Shown here: positions 49,488 through 60,921 of the stretch, one piece after another
Layout of the letters: each line of letters begins with the position of its first letter
Numbering within the stretch: the first letter of the stretch is position 1
Assembly (NCBI RefSeq): GCF_018350175.1
Contig: NC_058373.1
Coordinates: forward strand, 13,208,001 to 13,272,000
Reading direction: 5' to 3'
Length of the DNA stretch: 64,000 nucleotides
DNA from: Felis catus
Lineage: Eukaryota
The notes under the pieces: model-generated
What the model saw: the letters and a program-made list of their open reading frames with translations, nothing else
Databases searched by the model: none
What the model was told of the DNA's origin: nothing
Program-made: the position numbers and the translations under genes

Positions 49488-49728
49488 CCAACCTAGCTCT
49501 TAGAAGTATATAATAATACTGTTCCAGAAATACGGTCAATTGCACTCAAAATGTCCTACCCTGGAATCCTTAATACGCACACCTGCTTTGATCTGAAATC
49601 GCCTTTTCTCCTCTCTCTGGCCCTCTCTCTCCCAGTGACAACCATTCATTTTCAGCGCTTTCCCCACATTGCACCTCTCCAAGGAACATTTTTTGAGCCT
49701 CGCCACGATGCGTTACCTTTCCTGCTTT

Positions 49729-49949
49729 TTTTCTTTATTAAAACTTTTTCTTTAATGTTTATTTATTTATTTTGAGAGATAGAGAGCGAGCAGGGGAGGG
49801 GCAGAGAGAGAGGGAGACAGAATCCCCAGCAGGCTCCGTGCCATCAGCACAGAGCCCGATGTGGGGCTCGAACCCATGAACCGTGAGATCATGGCCTGAG
49901 CGGAAACCAAGAGTTGGATGCTTAACCAACTGAGCCACCCAGGCGCCCC
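49729..49949 (-). mobile_element. Can-SINE
   Basis: TSD tacctttcctgcttt. Confidence 0.96.
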
Positions 49950-50074
49950 TACCTTTCCTGCTTTGACGCCTACACTTCCTTGGTTCCTCTGCAATGACTC
50001 CATATTGTATCAGAAGAATGCATAGGCTCAGCTCAGCTCTTCTTGAAGCAAGACATCCTCATCCCCAAATGTCT

Positions 50075-50291
50075 GGGGCACCCGGGTGGCTCAGATGGTT
50101 AAGCATCCAAGTCTTGATTTCGGCTCAGATCATGATCTTAGGATTGTGAGATTGGGTCCTGTGCTGGGCATGGAGTGTGCTGACAGCTCTCTCTCTCTCT
50201 CTGTTTCTGTCTTGGTCTCTGTACCTCCCTCTAAAATAAAATAAAATAAAATAAAATAAAATAAAATAAAATAAAATAATAAAATAAAAAT
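50075..50291 (+). mobile_element. Can-SINE with (AAAAT)n tail
   Basis: TSD aaatgtct. Confidence 0.92.
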
Positions 50292-51439
50292 AAATGTCTT
50301 CTAACATCTAACACGGAGGCTTTGCAGGTGGACATATAGAAGGGATGTTAAGTTAAATGGAGAGAAACTAAGCTCCCCTCCATTGATGACCGGTCAGGCT
50401 TTTACTATCTTCTCAATTCGCGCTGGGTGCTGAGATATCCCCACACCCAAAGAAGGAAGCATCGAACCACACACTTGTGCAACTTCCCCAAGCCCTATGG
50501 CTATAGTGCCTTCATTTCTCCACACAGACCTGCAAGGGCCATTTACCATTTCAAGGTATTTAAATCTAGAAGGTGGCAGATGTGTTGTCCAAGGGAATTG
50601 GGGTTTTCTGAAAAGTTCCAGAGGAATAAGGAATGCCATTATTTGCTCCCTGCCGTCGTCGCTCCATCCCTACATTTTGTATTTTTCATAAAACAAAACC
50701 TTTTCCCTTCGCAGTAGAAGCTCTGAGTGACCTTCGTGCTGTTTATTGCCTTCCTGGCTGTATTAAAACTCCAAGCTGTGCCGTGGGATTTCTAAAGGAC
50801 ATGGGCCTCAAACCTGCCAACCTATCAATTTAGCGGGGAGAAAAAAATAAACATGAGTGTGCCTCTCACATGCCTGAGATTGTGTTTGTGACTAACCTTC
50901 AGCACAGACCACACTGTTCTCTAAGAGAGACCTATTCCCGGAGAGTTTAGATCAACTTTCCCCCGCCCTTAGCCATCTTAGACCTTACCCCCGCTTGCTT
51001 TCGTCCCTCAAGATGGAATTGTCCCTTCTCTGTCCACAAGTAGCTCTTCTCTCCAAGGTCGGTGATATAATGTCTAAAGCAAACCACGCCAGCCCACGAG
51101 TCCCCAGTAGTGGCTTGGGAGGTGACTTTCAGTGTAATGAGGTCCCGAAGAAAATTATGCGACAGAGTATACCCTTGGCAACCCTCCAATTTCATATCTG
51201 ATGCTCTCCACGGGCAATCAGTTTCTTGGTTTTTGTTTGTTTGTTTGTTTATGAGGATTTGGGGCTTTTAAAATTTGATGAATTGAAAAAATACCCTCCC
51301 TGGTTCTTTCTTCTGCTTATGGAGTGTTACTGTCTATTGACCGTAGGCAAGAGACCCAACCAGGACCGGAAGTTTCCTAGGTTTCAGATATAGGCATTGA
51401 AGAGAGCTGTTAGATTTTTATCTCAATTTGCCAGGCTGA

Positions 51440-51668
51440 AAGGGGCTCCTGGCAGCTATCTTGTCTGCCAAGTGGACAAAATCAGCCTGCAGAATCAAAT
51501 CCAATAGACATGACACTAGGAGATGGGAGGGAGCTATTAGGACCCCCTGGGACCAAAGCAAGGCTCATCCCCAGATATCCCCGTTATCCGATTCAATCAT
51601 TTCCCCCTCTGCATAATGTACATCGTGTTGGGATTCTGTCACTATGACATGAATCTTGACTAATGCAG
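51440..51668 (+). mobile_element. old MLT1 LTR 3' fragment
   Basis: gcagctatcttg...ttgggattctgtcact...cttgactaatgca terminus. Confidence 0.45.
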
Positions 51669-51699
51669 ATGATAATGCAAAAGTGCTTTCTCCTGCTAA

Positions 51700-52290
51700 T
51701 TTACAGATCTTTGATTACATATAATACTGAGCATTAATTCGTGCTTCCTGGATATTTCTATTTCTTCCTTAATAATTTCTTCATGGTCTTCGCCCATATT
51801 TGACAATTTTCTTTTTTGTTTTGTAATAGCTTTGTATATACTTAGAGTATTAGTCTCTTTTCTGTCATATGTGTAGCAAATATTTTTTTCCCCAATTGTC
51901 ATGTTTTTTGACTTTGATAGGTTTTCTTGGCGAATAAATGTTTCTTTTTTTCTCCTCTGCATTCTGCCTTTGGCATTATGCTTTAAAAAGTCCTTCCTAA
52001 TTCAACATTGTTTTTCAAGTGAGCAGGCAGAATAAAATTTGAAAATCAATAGCATTCGTCCATACTTGGAATAAGCATTCAGAAAAGGAAATAAAAATTA
52101 TGATACCTTTTAAAATAGCAACCAAAGCTCTAAAGTGCCTGGGTTTTACCTAATAAAGAATAAGCAAGCTTGTATGAAGAAACCCTAACAGAATTGGAGG
52201 ACATACAAAAAAATAAAGGTTAGATTAAAGAAAGAGGTATTCTTCGATGGGAAAATTTAATAAGAAACTTAAGATGAGTTCATATCTACT
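51700..52290. mobile_element. old L1 fragments (antisense 51700-52010, sense 52040-52290)
   Basis: tctgtcatatgtgtagcaaatatttttttcccc (antisense) and ttttaaaatagcaaccaaa...ttgtatgaagaaacc (sense ORF2). Confidence 0.6.
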
Positions 52291-52316
52291 TAAGGGATAT
52301 AAATGGTAGGTGTTTT

Positions 52317-52566
52317 CTTTTTTGTTTCTAAGTTCATTTTGAGGGGGAAGAGGCAGAGAGAGAGGGAGAGAGAGAATCCCAAGCAGGCTCCATGCCGTCA
52401 GCACAGAGGCTGATGCGGTGATCAATCTCAGGAATCATGAGATCATGACCTGAACTGAAACTGAGTCAGATGCTTAAACAACTGAGCCACCCAGCTGACC
52501 CTTTCTTCTTCTTTTTTTTTTTAAGTTTATTTATTTTGAGAGACAGAGAGAGAAAGAGAGAGAGGG
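52317..52566 (-). mobile_element. Can-SINE (52317-52501) plus a truncated SINE tail piece (52502-52566)
   Basis: Lies between copies of aaatggtaggtgttt at 52301 and 52567. Confidence 0.9.
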
Positions 52567-52582
52567 AAATGGTAGGTGTTTC

Positions 52583-52801
52583 TTGTTGTTGTTCTTTTAA
52601 CATTTATTCATTCTTGAGAGACAGAGAGACAGAGCATGAGTCGGGGAGGGGCGGACAGAGAGGGAGACACAGAACCCGAAGCAGGCTCCAGGCTCCGAGC
52701 TGTCATAATAGAGCCCCATGCGGGGCTTGAACCCACAGACTGCAAGATCATGACCTGAGTGGAAGTCAGACGCTTAACCAATTGAGTCACCCAGGCGCCC
52801 C
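52583..52801 (-). mobile_element. Can-SINE
   Basis: TSD aa(a/g)tggtaggtgttt at 52567 and 52803. Confidence 0.95.
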
Positions 52802-53862
52802 TAAGTGGTAGGTGTTTTTGAAAGGGCTTCTCACCGTGTTAGCGTTTCAGATGCTCACTAACCCTAAGGGGGGATGCTATTAACAACATCAGAGTGGATG
52901 CTGGGTGGGGTTGGAGTGTATGAAGCCAGAGAAGTAATGGGAATGAGGACAGGGAGAAAAAAAAAAAAAAAAAGATGGGAGAATGTGTTTTTACAGACTG
53001 ATGGATGACAGTCGTGAACTAAGGAGTATTTTTATATCATGTTTGTCCCCGATGTCCAACAGTGAGGAAAGCATAAAGTGAAGTAAAACAAAATGAAAAA
53101 AAAAATCAACCTATATTATCTTCTAGTACTTTTAATGTTTTATTTTTATTTGGCAGAAATTGTGAGTGAAGTACAGACCTTATCGGGTTTTCTCTCCCCC
53201 TAAAATTATTTAGCCAATTGCTGAAATACATCTTATGAATAATTCCTTCTTCCCCACTGTTTTAAAATGCCAAATGTATTTTATAATAATATACATATGG
53301 ATCTGTTTCTGTCTTTTTTGTTTGTTTGTTTGTAATGATCAGTCTGTCTTTTCTTACACCAGAGTAAAACTTTAAGAGAGATCAGCTTTATACAGGTCTT
53401 TTGGCTTCCCGTTTGATCAGTCACCAATTCTCACTCATTCTACCTTCTACACGTCTGTCAAACCTTTCAGTTTCTCATTTCCGGCGCCCTCACTCTGGTC
53501 AGTTGCAATACCATCTTCCTCCCGGAACACTGCTGAACTCACCACCGAGTCGCCCTGCGTGCATTTCCCACACAACAGAAAATAATACACTCCTTAAACC
53601 ATTCATTTTATTGGGTCCCCTTCCCCGCTCAGGACCCTTAGGGAGACTTTCACTGCACTCAGATAAAATCTATTCCCTGTTGCATGGTCTGCATGTGGCC
53701 CCGGTTGTTTCTCTCCCCCCCTTAACCCTACGTCTTTCTCTGGAGTTCCATTGTTTTGTTGAGGCTGGACTCCTTTTGTTTCTTGATTGTGCCAAGATCC
53801 TTTCATTGCAGCCCTTTCAAACCCGCATTCCTTCTCCTGGGAATTCTTGTTCTCTTTCCATC

Positions 53863-53878
53863 CTTCTTTAAAAAAAAA

Positions 53879-53909
<31 letters not shown>

Positions 53910-54020
53910 CACATATATATATATTTTCTTCTTTAAAAAAATATATATATACATATATATTTTTTTTTAAAGAAGAAAATTCTTCTTCTTTCTTCTTTTT
54001 TTAAGAAGAAAATATATATT
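53863..54020. repeat. complex AT-rich quasi-palindromic tract
   Basis: (TA)n blocks flanked by ttttcttctttaaaaaa / ttttttaaagaagaaaa arms. Confidence 0.85.
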
Positions 54021-54204
54021 TATTTATTATTTTGAGAGAAAGAAAGAACAAGCAGCAGAGGGGCAGAGAGAGAGGGAGAGAGAATTCCAAGCAGGTTCCT
54101 CACTGACAGCGCAGAGCCCGATGCGGGGCTCGAACCCACTGACTGCGAGATCGTGACCTGAGCTGAAGTCGGACACTTAACCAACTGAGCCACCCAGTCG
54201 CCCC
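54010..54204 (-). mobile_element. Can-SINE
   Basis: Antisense body. Confidence 0.93.
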
Positions 54205-54374
54205 AGTGTCATCACTTTTTAATCTCTCTCTCCTTCACTAGGCCGTAAGCTCCTTGAAGGCTGGGCCATGTCTCTTCTGTCTCGATCTCCCACAAGCAAA
54301 ATGCACACAGTAGGTCTTCAAGTATCTACTGAATGAATGGTGAGCATCGGGTTGGTCATGTTATTCCCTATCCT

Positions 54375-54621
54375 TTATTTTATTTTATTTTATTTTATTT
54401 TATTTTATTTTATTTTTTCAACTTTTATTTATTTTTGGGACAGAGAGAGACAGAGCATGAACGGGGGAGGGGCACAGAGAGAGGGAGACACAGAATCGGA
54501 AACAGGCTCCAGGCTCGGAGCCATCAGCCCAGAGCCCGACGCGGGGCTCGAACTCCCGGACCGCGAGATCGTGACCTGGCTGAAGTCGGATGCCCAACCG
54601 ACTGAGCCACCCAGGTGCCCC
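54375..54621 (-). mobile_element. Can-SINE (left arm of inverted pair), (TTTTA)n tail
   Basis: SINEC_Fc-type body. Confidence 0.97.
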
Positions 54622-54652
54622 TATCAATCTTCATTTTAAACAATTCCAGGCT

Positions 54653-54865
54653 GGGGCGCCTGGGTGGCACAGTCGGTTAAGCATCCGACTTCAGCCAGGT
54701 CACGATCTCGCGGTCCGGGAGTTCGAGCCCCGCGTCGGGCTCTGGGCTGATGGCTCCGAGCCTGGAGCCTGTTTCCGATTCTGTGTCTCCCTCTCTCTGT
54801 GCCCCTCCCCCGTTCATGCTCTGTCTCTCTCTGTCCCAAAAATAAATAAAAGTTGAAAAAAAAAT
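54653..54865 (+). mobile_element. Can-SINE (right arm of inverted pair)
   Basis: TSD ttttaaaca(a/g)ttccaggct at 54634 and 54866. Confidence 0.97.
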
Positions 54866-55056
54866 TTTTAAACAGTTCCAGGCTATCTGTCCCAGCTTCT
54901 TCTTCTACCTAAACGTTCAGAAGATTTTTTTTCCATGTTCGAAAATATCCTACTGCGATTTCATTATATTCGTAAACTATTTGTGGATGATTTACAATCC
55001 TTGTGATACTAATCTGTCAATATGTGAACATGACATAATATTTTACAGCTTTAACA

Positions 55057-55269
55057 TTTTTTTTTTACTGTTTATTTACTTTTGAGAGACAGAGAGAGAC
55101 AGAGCACGAGTGGGGGAGGGACAGAGAGAGAGGGAGACACAGAATCCGAAGCAGGCTCCAGGCTGAGCTGTCAGCACAGAGCCCAGTGTGGGGCTCGAAC
55201 CCATGAACTATGAAATCATGAGCTGAGCCGAGGTTGGATGCTTAACCGATTGAGCCACCCAGGTGCCCC
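55057..55269 (-). mobile_element. Can-SINE
   Basis: Full antisense body. Confidence 0.95.
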
Positions 55270-55552
55270 ATAGTATTGTTTTTTACCTCATACAAATTCT
55301 ACTCAGTTCCTATGAGGATTATTTACACTTTATTTTATATTTTTGGTTGCAACTGGGTGCAATCTTTTTGGAAAGGAGGGCTCCTTTTCTTATTCTGTTT
55401 TCAAAGTAGATACATTTTTAATACAGGATCTTGCTGGTATTTTCTATGTTTTTAAAATGTATTTAAATCAAGCGTTTGTTCTAATTACTTTAATAGATCT
55501 CACTAACTTTTCTAGGTAGGCAGTCATGTAATCTATGGACAACTTATTCTTT

Positions 55553-55765
55553 TAATTTTTTTTAATATTTATTTCTTTTTGGGAGAGAGACAGAGACAGA
55601 GAGTGAGCAGGGGAGGGGCAGAGAGAGGAGACACAGGATCCGAAGCAGGCCCCAGGCCCTGAGCTGTCAGCACAGAGCCCCACGTGGGGCCCGAACTCAC
55701 AAACCACGAGATCATGATCTGAGGGGAAGTCGGACACCTAACTGACTGAGCCACCCAGGCGCCCC
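55553..55765 (-). mobile_element. Can-SINE
   Basis: TSD caacttattcttt. Confidence 0.95.
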
Positions 55766-55987
55766 CGGGCAACTTATTCTTTATCCCTTTCATTATTAGA
55801 ACTATTATTGCATTTTCATATTTTATCTCATCAGTTATTGTTTACACAATAATTTTAAATAATAATAATCAAATGAGATAATTTCATTATGTTTGTCGTC
55901 CCAAAGATAATTTATTTGTTCATCATTAAGCATGATGCAGTTACAACTGTGGCATAGATTAATTTTCATGCAAAAAAGCAATTTTTA

Positions 55988-56147
55988 GAGGCGCCTGGGT
56001 GGCTCAGTCAGTTAAGCATCTGATTCTTTATTTCAGCTTAGGCCCCACAACCGGGTGGAACCTGCTTGGGATTCTCTGTGTCTCTCGCTCTCTGTCCCTC
56101 TGCACCTCCCCCCTTCTCTCTCTCTCAAAATAAATAAATAAACATTG
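55988..56147 (+). mobile_element. Can-SINE, internally deleted
   Basis: TSD aaaaagcaattt. The middle of the body is missing. Confidence 0.9.
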
Positions 56148-56658
56148 AAAAAGCAATTTGTATCCCTTTTACCAAGAAATTTTGTATAAAAAATGGTATT
56201 CAATTTTATTAAAGGTGCTTGAATCCTCAATACAAGAATTAGAAAGAACATGATTTGGGGGCCACAGTCTTGAGCGTTCCAATCTGAGCGACCTCATGGA
56301 CATCTTTTCTCTGATGACGATGTTGGGATCCACACAAAACACCACTGGCTATTAGCTTCGCTGACTTTTCCTGGCCTGCAAACCAAGTTCACTGGTTCAT
56401 CGGACGCTTTGCCGCATGCTGGTCTCTTTATTATGTTTTTCCTCTGATTTGGCTACGATTTAGGAAAGGGTCGCACCTCAGATGTTCGTTTTGCAGATAA
56501 GGTGGCTGAAGGAAAAAAAAAAAAGTGATGTTAAGTCTCACATTTCGGAGATACTTGGGCTTCTTCTTCTTCACTCTGAGATAGAAATGTATCTTCCAAT
56601 TTGCTCGGCCCTCTAAGCTCCTGCAACATTAAATGTGAACGTTTCCGTGAAAAGTAAG

Positions 56659-56693
<35 letters not shown>

Positions 56694-56827
56694 GCTTTGT
56701 GTTCCTCTTTGTTAATCTGCTCATGTGGCCAAAAATTACACAGAAAATTATTGCGAGAGCTACAGCTCTTGGAGCATTTTTGTCCCAGGGAATGGATTCC
56801 CTTTTCTTCCTTATTATGAAGAGTATT

Positions 56828-56828
<1 letters not shown>

Positions 56829-56865
<37 letters not shown>

Positions 56866-56880
56866 GAGTGTGTGCGTGTC
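56829..56880 (+). repeat. (TG)n microsatellite
   Basis: Read directly from the sequence. A poly-T of about 28 nt lies at 56662-56689. Confidence 0.93.
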
Positions 56881-57949
56881 TGTAGATGCATTTTGAAGCA
56901 AAAACTAAATCACAAGAGCCATCCCACAAAGGCCATCCTGCCAGGGTCCACAGTTGCATGGAACCATCTCTCTCTCCTCCCCCCACCCCACCTCATCTCC
57001 ACCTCCCAACCCTGCAAGTAACTGGCAGTGCTCTCCTCCTCCTCCCTGGCCCTCTGTTATCCCAGCGGCCGCCGCAAACTCATTCCTCACTTTCACCAAA
57101 CTGATTTCTGTTTGCCGAGCAGCTGGCGGGAGCTTTCCGAGGCCAGGCGCTGCCTGAGAAGCAAGCCTGCTTCCTTCCACGGTCAGGGGGCTTTTAGAAA
57201 TAACACCCTCCTCGGAGGAAGTCAGAACAGCAACAGGAAAATAAGTAAAACCTATTATAAAACAGTTGTCCCAGAACTTGGGCACGGCGCTGGGTGGAGA
57301 TCGATATACTTGTGAAGGTTAAATCTATTTTCACACTGTGTTCTATTTCACAGTTTAATGGTGTTTTAATGTGTCTGTCACCGAGCCCCTTCATGTTATG
57401 CAGGTAGGGCCTTTACAAAGGAGAAAGAACCCGGCTTTTCAAGCTTCGCTGTAACATCTTATTTACCAGCTGCGATCTGACATTTTCTTTTCCTTTCCAG
57501 AGCGACGGCGGGGTCTGGCTGTCCCTCTCAACCCCTCTGGCTCTCCTTCCAATCCTCATTTGTACTCCTAATTTTGCAAGGAGGCAGAGTTGAGACCCTG
57601 AGAGAGACTCTTAGGTATCTCTCTGAAAAGCTCTCCGGCATAGTTAGCCGTATTTAAGAAGAAGGTAACTAAGACCTTTCTGATTCGTCCTCCCCGTGTC
57701 CTCAGTTGGCCTCCTACATTGTGTGGGGGATCCCAGCTGGTTCTGGCCAAGCTCACTGCCTTCCCTCGCCTGCTGGGGTTTCCTGCTCAGCCCCCAACTT
57801 TGTCTCTCTCTCTCTCTCCACCTTACACGTCAGTGAGCACGTGGTCAGGGGTCTCGCTTTGCTTCCCCACCCTCATGAGAGAAATCCTGACTATCCTTGC
57901 CCCCGAAGAGATCTTTCCTTCTACCTTGACACAAGTCAGCCATGGGAAC

Positions 57950-58724
57950 TGTGTTAGTTTTTCCCAGGGCTGTTGTAACTAAGTGCTGTAAACTTGGTGG
58001 CGTAAAGGTAACAGAAATGTGTCCCCTCGCAGATGTGGAGGCTGGAAGTCTGAAACCGAGAGCACGCAGGGCCACGGTCTCTCTGAAGGCTCTACGGGAG
58101 CCTTTCAATTAACTTCTAGTGTTACGGGAAATCCTTGGCTCTCCTTGGTTTGTGGATACCTCCCTCCCACCTCTGTCTTTCTCATTATACGGTGTTCTCC
58201 CAATGCATTCTCTTCTTATGAGGATACCACTCATGTTGTATGAAGGGCCAGCCTACTCTACCATGACCCCGTCTTACCTAATTGCATCTGCGATGGTCTT
58301 ATTTCCAAAACATGGTCACAGGCTGAGGTCCTAGGAAGGATGTGAACTTGGGGAAACGCTATATGTGATGGCTAATTTTATGCGTCAACGTCACTGGGCC
58401 ACGGAGCTCACCTTTCTGGTCAAATATGGTTCTGAATGTTCCTGCGAGAGTGTTTTTGATGAGATTACCAGTTAAATCTGTGGACTTTGAGTAAAACCGA
58501 TTGCCATCCATAATGTGGGTAGGCCACATCTAATCAGTCGAAGGCCCAAATGGAACAAAGGCCTGCTCTCCCCCAGGCAAGAGCAAATCCTATTAGCTGA
58601 CTGACTTCAGACTTAAACTGCATGATTAGCTCTTCCTGAGTCTCCAGCCTTCACATCACCCTGCAGATTTGGGACTTGACAACCTCCATAACTGCATGAG
58701 CCAATTCCCTAAATCTTTCTCCCT

Positions 58725-58772
<48 letters not shown>

Positions 58773-58830
58773 GCACACTGGTTCTGTTTCTCTGGAGAAC
58801 CCTGGCTAATATATTATCTAACCCAGTACA
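57950..58830 (-). mobile_element. MLT1 LTR interrupted near its end by MLT2
   Basis: agggctgttgtaact...aaacttggtggcgtaaa...ggaggctggaagtctgaa...ggggaaacgctat[MLT2]..taacccagtaca. Confidence 0.8.
58364..58813 (+). mobile_element. MLT2 (ERVL) solo LTR containing (CA)n at 58729-58770
   Basis: TGTGATGGCTAATTTTATGCGTCAAC start. Ends ggttctgtttctctggagaaccctggctaatat. Confidence 0.88.
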
Positions 58831-59174
58831 GCCCTGTAGATAAAGTATATAGAAAGTGTCCTGTGGGAAAACACATATTATTTAATTATGCTCGATAAGG
58901 AAGAGACAGAATTTAGGCACTCAGATTTCTGGGTTAGAGTAATGGAACCAGCATGACATCTCCCTGTTTGTCATGAATTCCAAATGGCTGGGTTTTCAGT
59001 GGAATTCAAATTATAGGGAGGGGAGGGCACCTTGACTAGGTATAGCTTATAGCAGAAATTTCCAAAGGATGGTCCTTGGGGATATCTGAGACTGTTGCAG
59101 AGGATCCACAGAATTAAAACTATTGTCATAATGATAGTTTTTTTTTTTGCTTATTTTAATTGAAATTGACCTTT

Positions 59175-59385
59175 AAAAATTTTTTTTAATATTTATTTAC
59201 TTGTGAGAGAGAGAGACAGAACATGAGCAGGGGAGCGGCAGAGAGAGGGAGACACAGATCTAAAGCAAGCTCCAGGCTCTGAGGTGTCAGCATAGAACCC
59301 GATGCAGGACTTGAACTCTCGAACTGCAAGATCATGACCTAAGCCGAAGTTGGATGCTTAACCAACTGAGCCACCTAGGCGCCCC
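59175..59385 (-). mobile_element. Can-SINE
   Basis: TSD aattgacctttaaa. Confidence 0.95.
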
Positions 59386-59867
59386 TTGAATTGACCTTTA
59401 AACTGATGAAACCGACGTGTAATGTGTCTCAGCATGAGTCAATGCATTCCCCCCTGCCCCCCAGGCATTGTTTCTTTACTAAAGTGGACTTTCAGGGCAA
59501 TAAAAGCCAGTTTTATTTGAGAATGCCATTAGGAGAGCAATGAAAATTAATAATTGCGTTAATTCTGACATTTTTTGTTGTGGTAGAATCAGAAGTTTAC
59601 CCGAAGCAGTTATGTGTCTTATCAGGTATGATGGTTACCTGGAGGAAAAGGCCTTGTGTGATTGAGTTGCTAGCTGAACTAGCCACTTTTTTCATGGAAC
59701 AGTATTTTTACTTGACAGAACAATTAACAAAGTGTACTTACTCAGACTTAGGCACTTGGCAAACATTTTCTTGAAAGTGAATGACGTGAGTCTGTCACTT
59801 AAAGGTAAATGAGAGTATTTGTTACAAATGATGAAAGACAGACTTTCAAAAGAAAATTAGAATTTTA

Positions 59868-60080
59868 GGGGTGCCTGGGTGGCTCAGTCAGTTAAGCCTT
59901 CAGTTCAGGCCATGATCTTTCAGTCTGTGAGTTCGAGCCCCACGTCAGGCTCTGTGCTGACATCTCAGAGCGTGGAGCCTGCTTCCCATTCTGTGTCTCC
60001 CTCTCTCTCTGCCCCTCCCCTGCTCACACTATGTCTCCCTCTTCCTCTCTCAAAAATAAACATTTAAAAACATTAAAAAA
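59868..60080 (+). mobile_element. Can-SINE
   Basis: TSD aaaagaaaattagaatttta. Confidence 0.95.
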
Positions 60081-60794
60081 AAAAGAAAATTAGAATTTTA
60101 GAGAACTTGTGTCTGCCATTATGAGCTTAACAGCTCTCTTATGAGGCTCACAGTGATGTTGATTGTTGATGAACATGATTATTACTGTATCATGAAACAT
60201 ATCAAGATTTAGAATGTTTGCCTAACACAGTGAACTATTATTTTCCAAATGATAAAGGCAAGATATTACAAAAATCACATGTGAGTAATAGATCCATTCA
60301 AACAAAAAGACGAACTAATGTATGTTAATGTTCATTCATATAATTTCAGATTCCACATTGCAACTCACCTTTAAAAATTATTACTTGTCAAGTTTTGGTG
60401 TAATATGATAAAAGAATACCTATAATTAGCAAACAGGCTATTACAATACTCTCTCCTTTTCTAACCAGACAGATGGTGAGACCAAACATTCATCATATTC
60501 TTGAACCAAAACAATATATTGTAATAGGCTGAATACAGATGGAGGTGGAAGCCCCAGTTGTCCTCTATTAAACCAGACATTAAAGAGTTTAGCAAAAAAT
60601 GTAAAACAGTGCTACACTCCTCACTAATTATTTGAAAATACAAATATGCTATTTATTTTAACATGTAGATTTGTTATTATTTTAGATGGAGACGTAACTA
60701 CTCATAAAAATTCCCAATTTTAATTTCCAATACAGCAAATATTGATATAACCCATATAAACAAAAGCTCTTTGGAATCCCCCCCTCAAATTTTA

Positions 60795-60921
60795 GGGTGC
60801 CTGGGGGCTCAGTTTGTTAAGAGTCCAACTCGTGACTTCAGCTCATGTCATGATCTCATGGTTCATGGGTTCCAGCCACACCAGGGCTCCATGCTAATAG
60901 TGCAGAGCTTGCTTGGGATTG
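60795..60921 (+). mobile_element. Can-SINE 5' half, 3' end lost
   Basis: Head runs to gcttgcttgggatt, then switches abruptly to LTR sequence. Confidence 0.85.

Larger units (their letters stand above)
53400..54340 (+). mobile_element. L2 3' end interrupted by a SINE
   Basis: cactaggccgtaagctccttgaaggctgggccatgtct...cacacagtaggtcttcaagtatctactgaatgaatg is an L2 terminus. Confidence 0.7.
59052..60790 (+). mobile_element. Charlie1-family hAT fossil with two SINE insertions
   Basis: tgagttgctagctgaactagccactttttcatggaaca, agacttaggcacttggcaaacattttcttgaaa and tctattaaaccagacattaaagag. Confidence 0.8.

Noticed and set aside
53401..53871. 156-aa plus-strand ORF
   Set aside because: It lies within a pyrimidine-rich L2 fragment and has a non-ATG start.
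957..60067. Recurrent ORFs such as MAQSVKRPTSAQVMIS... and ...PGHDLAVREFEPRV...
   Set aside because: These are translations of Can-SINE bodies, not a gene family.
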